Position numbers and translations under genes: made by a program. Below are positions 48,095 to 49,431 of a DNA stretch of 49,431 nt, in pieces (positions within the stretch are counted from its first letter, which is position 1; each line of letters starts with the position of its first letter). Source of the DNA: Phoronis australis (taxonomy: Eukaryota > Animalia > Phoronida); the NCBI GenBank assembly GCA_002633005.1, contig NMRA01000349.1:434522-483952 (forward strand). The letters run 5' to 3'. The notes beneath the pieces are model-generated. The model saw only the letters and a list, made by a program, of their open reading frames with translations, was not told where the DNA came from and ran no database searches.

Positions 48095-49431
48095 CTGAAA
48101 TGAAAGTACAGTGCATGAATTGGGTCTTGATATAAAACCATGCTTGCCCACATTTTAAATTCCGAAATGATGGGGTGTCAGATAAACCTTGGTCACTCTC
48201 CTGGGTGGATTTTGTCCCATTAGGTTTGGAAGGCGAGTTGTGTGTGTCTCAAGAATGAATCTGAAGAAATTGGGTGCCTTCTATCCTAGACTTCGGAATA
48301 GTTTCAGACTGGAATGGTTTTTAGTTTTGAAATCACAATTACACATCAACCATTGGGCATATTGTTGCTGCTATGGGCATATTGTTGCTGCTATGTTCTT
48401 TTTCTGAGGCTGAAAAGGCAGCCGTAAATAAAACTATATTATTTTTCGAATAAAACACTGACCTTTAGCCTCAGCTTTCCACACTGTGCTTTGATATTTT
48501 GATGGCAGATACCTGTAGTTCCTTCATGTAAATCCCAAATTATTTCCCCTGCTACATGATCGAATTTCTGATGTTGATGCCAAACATTATCAATGCCTTA
48601 CCTTGGTAGTTACACCATCAGCAAACTCCATATAACATGACACGAAATAAATTCTTACATCACAGTAAAAAGTGAATAATTTCTTGCCAGTTTTAGGGAC
48701 ACCACAATGCAGGTGTACATGATAAAGTTCTGGTATCATCGACAAACAATTAGAAATATCTTCACACTCAGTTTTGTCAGGAAAATGGAGTAAGACAATA
48801 CATGTAATGGAAGTCTTGTCTGCCATATATTACAACTTATATCTTAAAGTTAACCACCTTAAATGATTTACAAAGTTACATTTTCAACTCTTACGTTATC
48901 TAGCAACGAAACTCTTTGATAATAACCTCTCCCAATTCTTTCTCTGAGACGTACTACCTCTGTTGTGTGATGGTGTTTCCTCTCAAGAAGCCTGTTATAA
49001 ATAACTGACTTGTTGTGGAGACTTATGACCTAGATACATGTAGGTTACCTCTGCCACTTCAGGTGCAGTCTATGACCTTGGTGTGTGACTAATCACATCT
49101 GTTGATAAAGGCCTTTTCAACAACAAACATTGCTTTGTTTCCTTATTTGAAGGAGAAGGCTTTGCAGTGAGAAGTAGTAATTTCCTGTGTAGGAATAGTG
49201 GATTACATAATTATAATCTACAGACTTCATTGAAAGTGCCATTTGTCAATACCTAAAATCATAAGCGAAGAGAAGTTTTTTAAAAAAATTCTGGACAATG
49301 TACTAACACGTTATTGAGATTTCTTTTTTTCAAATTTATATTACCCGATACATTTGTGCCAGTTAGCATGGGCGGCGCACCAAAGGGGGCTGGGAGCGAT
49401 AGCCCGCCACTTATTTCAGTTATCATGGGCA

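Noticed and set aside
48095-48151. ORF-track N-terminal extension of the TLR (MGKHGF...)
   Set aside because: Starts at GTG and runs through a polypyrimidine-CAG acceptor, so it is intronic; the signal peptide begins at 48094.

Overview
This is intron-rich, repeat-rich animal genomic DNA, probably from an invertebrate (inferred from a multiple-cysteine-cluster Toll-like receptor and the transposon spectrum). 1-29.9 kb: tandem array of three + strand class I SAM-dependent methyltransferase genes sharing one 6-exon architecture (about 280-285 aa). Copy 1 lacks exon 1 in this window, and copies 1 and 2 form a recent ~12 kb duplication. Intron 1 of copy 2 hides a decayed antisense TatD-type DNase ORF, whose upstream part is also at the window start. 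30-45 kb: transposon-rich spacer with a GGT-rich minisatellite, a DIRS/Ngaro tyrosine recombinase remnant, MITEs and a Helitron-like satellite-bearing element. It also holds a TTAA-flanked Kolobok-type element into which a young LTR element has inserted. That LTR element has a single 709-aa ORF: ComEA-like helix-hairpin-helix domain, Gag capsid and CCHC knuckle, with no PR/RT/IN. 45.7-48.1 kb: minus-strand Toll-like receptor with its LRR-TM-TIR ORF in one exon. Three tandem duplications abut single-N junctions and are probably haplotype or assembly artefacts. All family assignments come from motifs read by eye; no searches were run.
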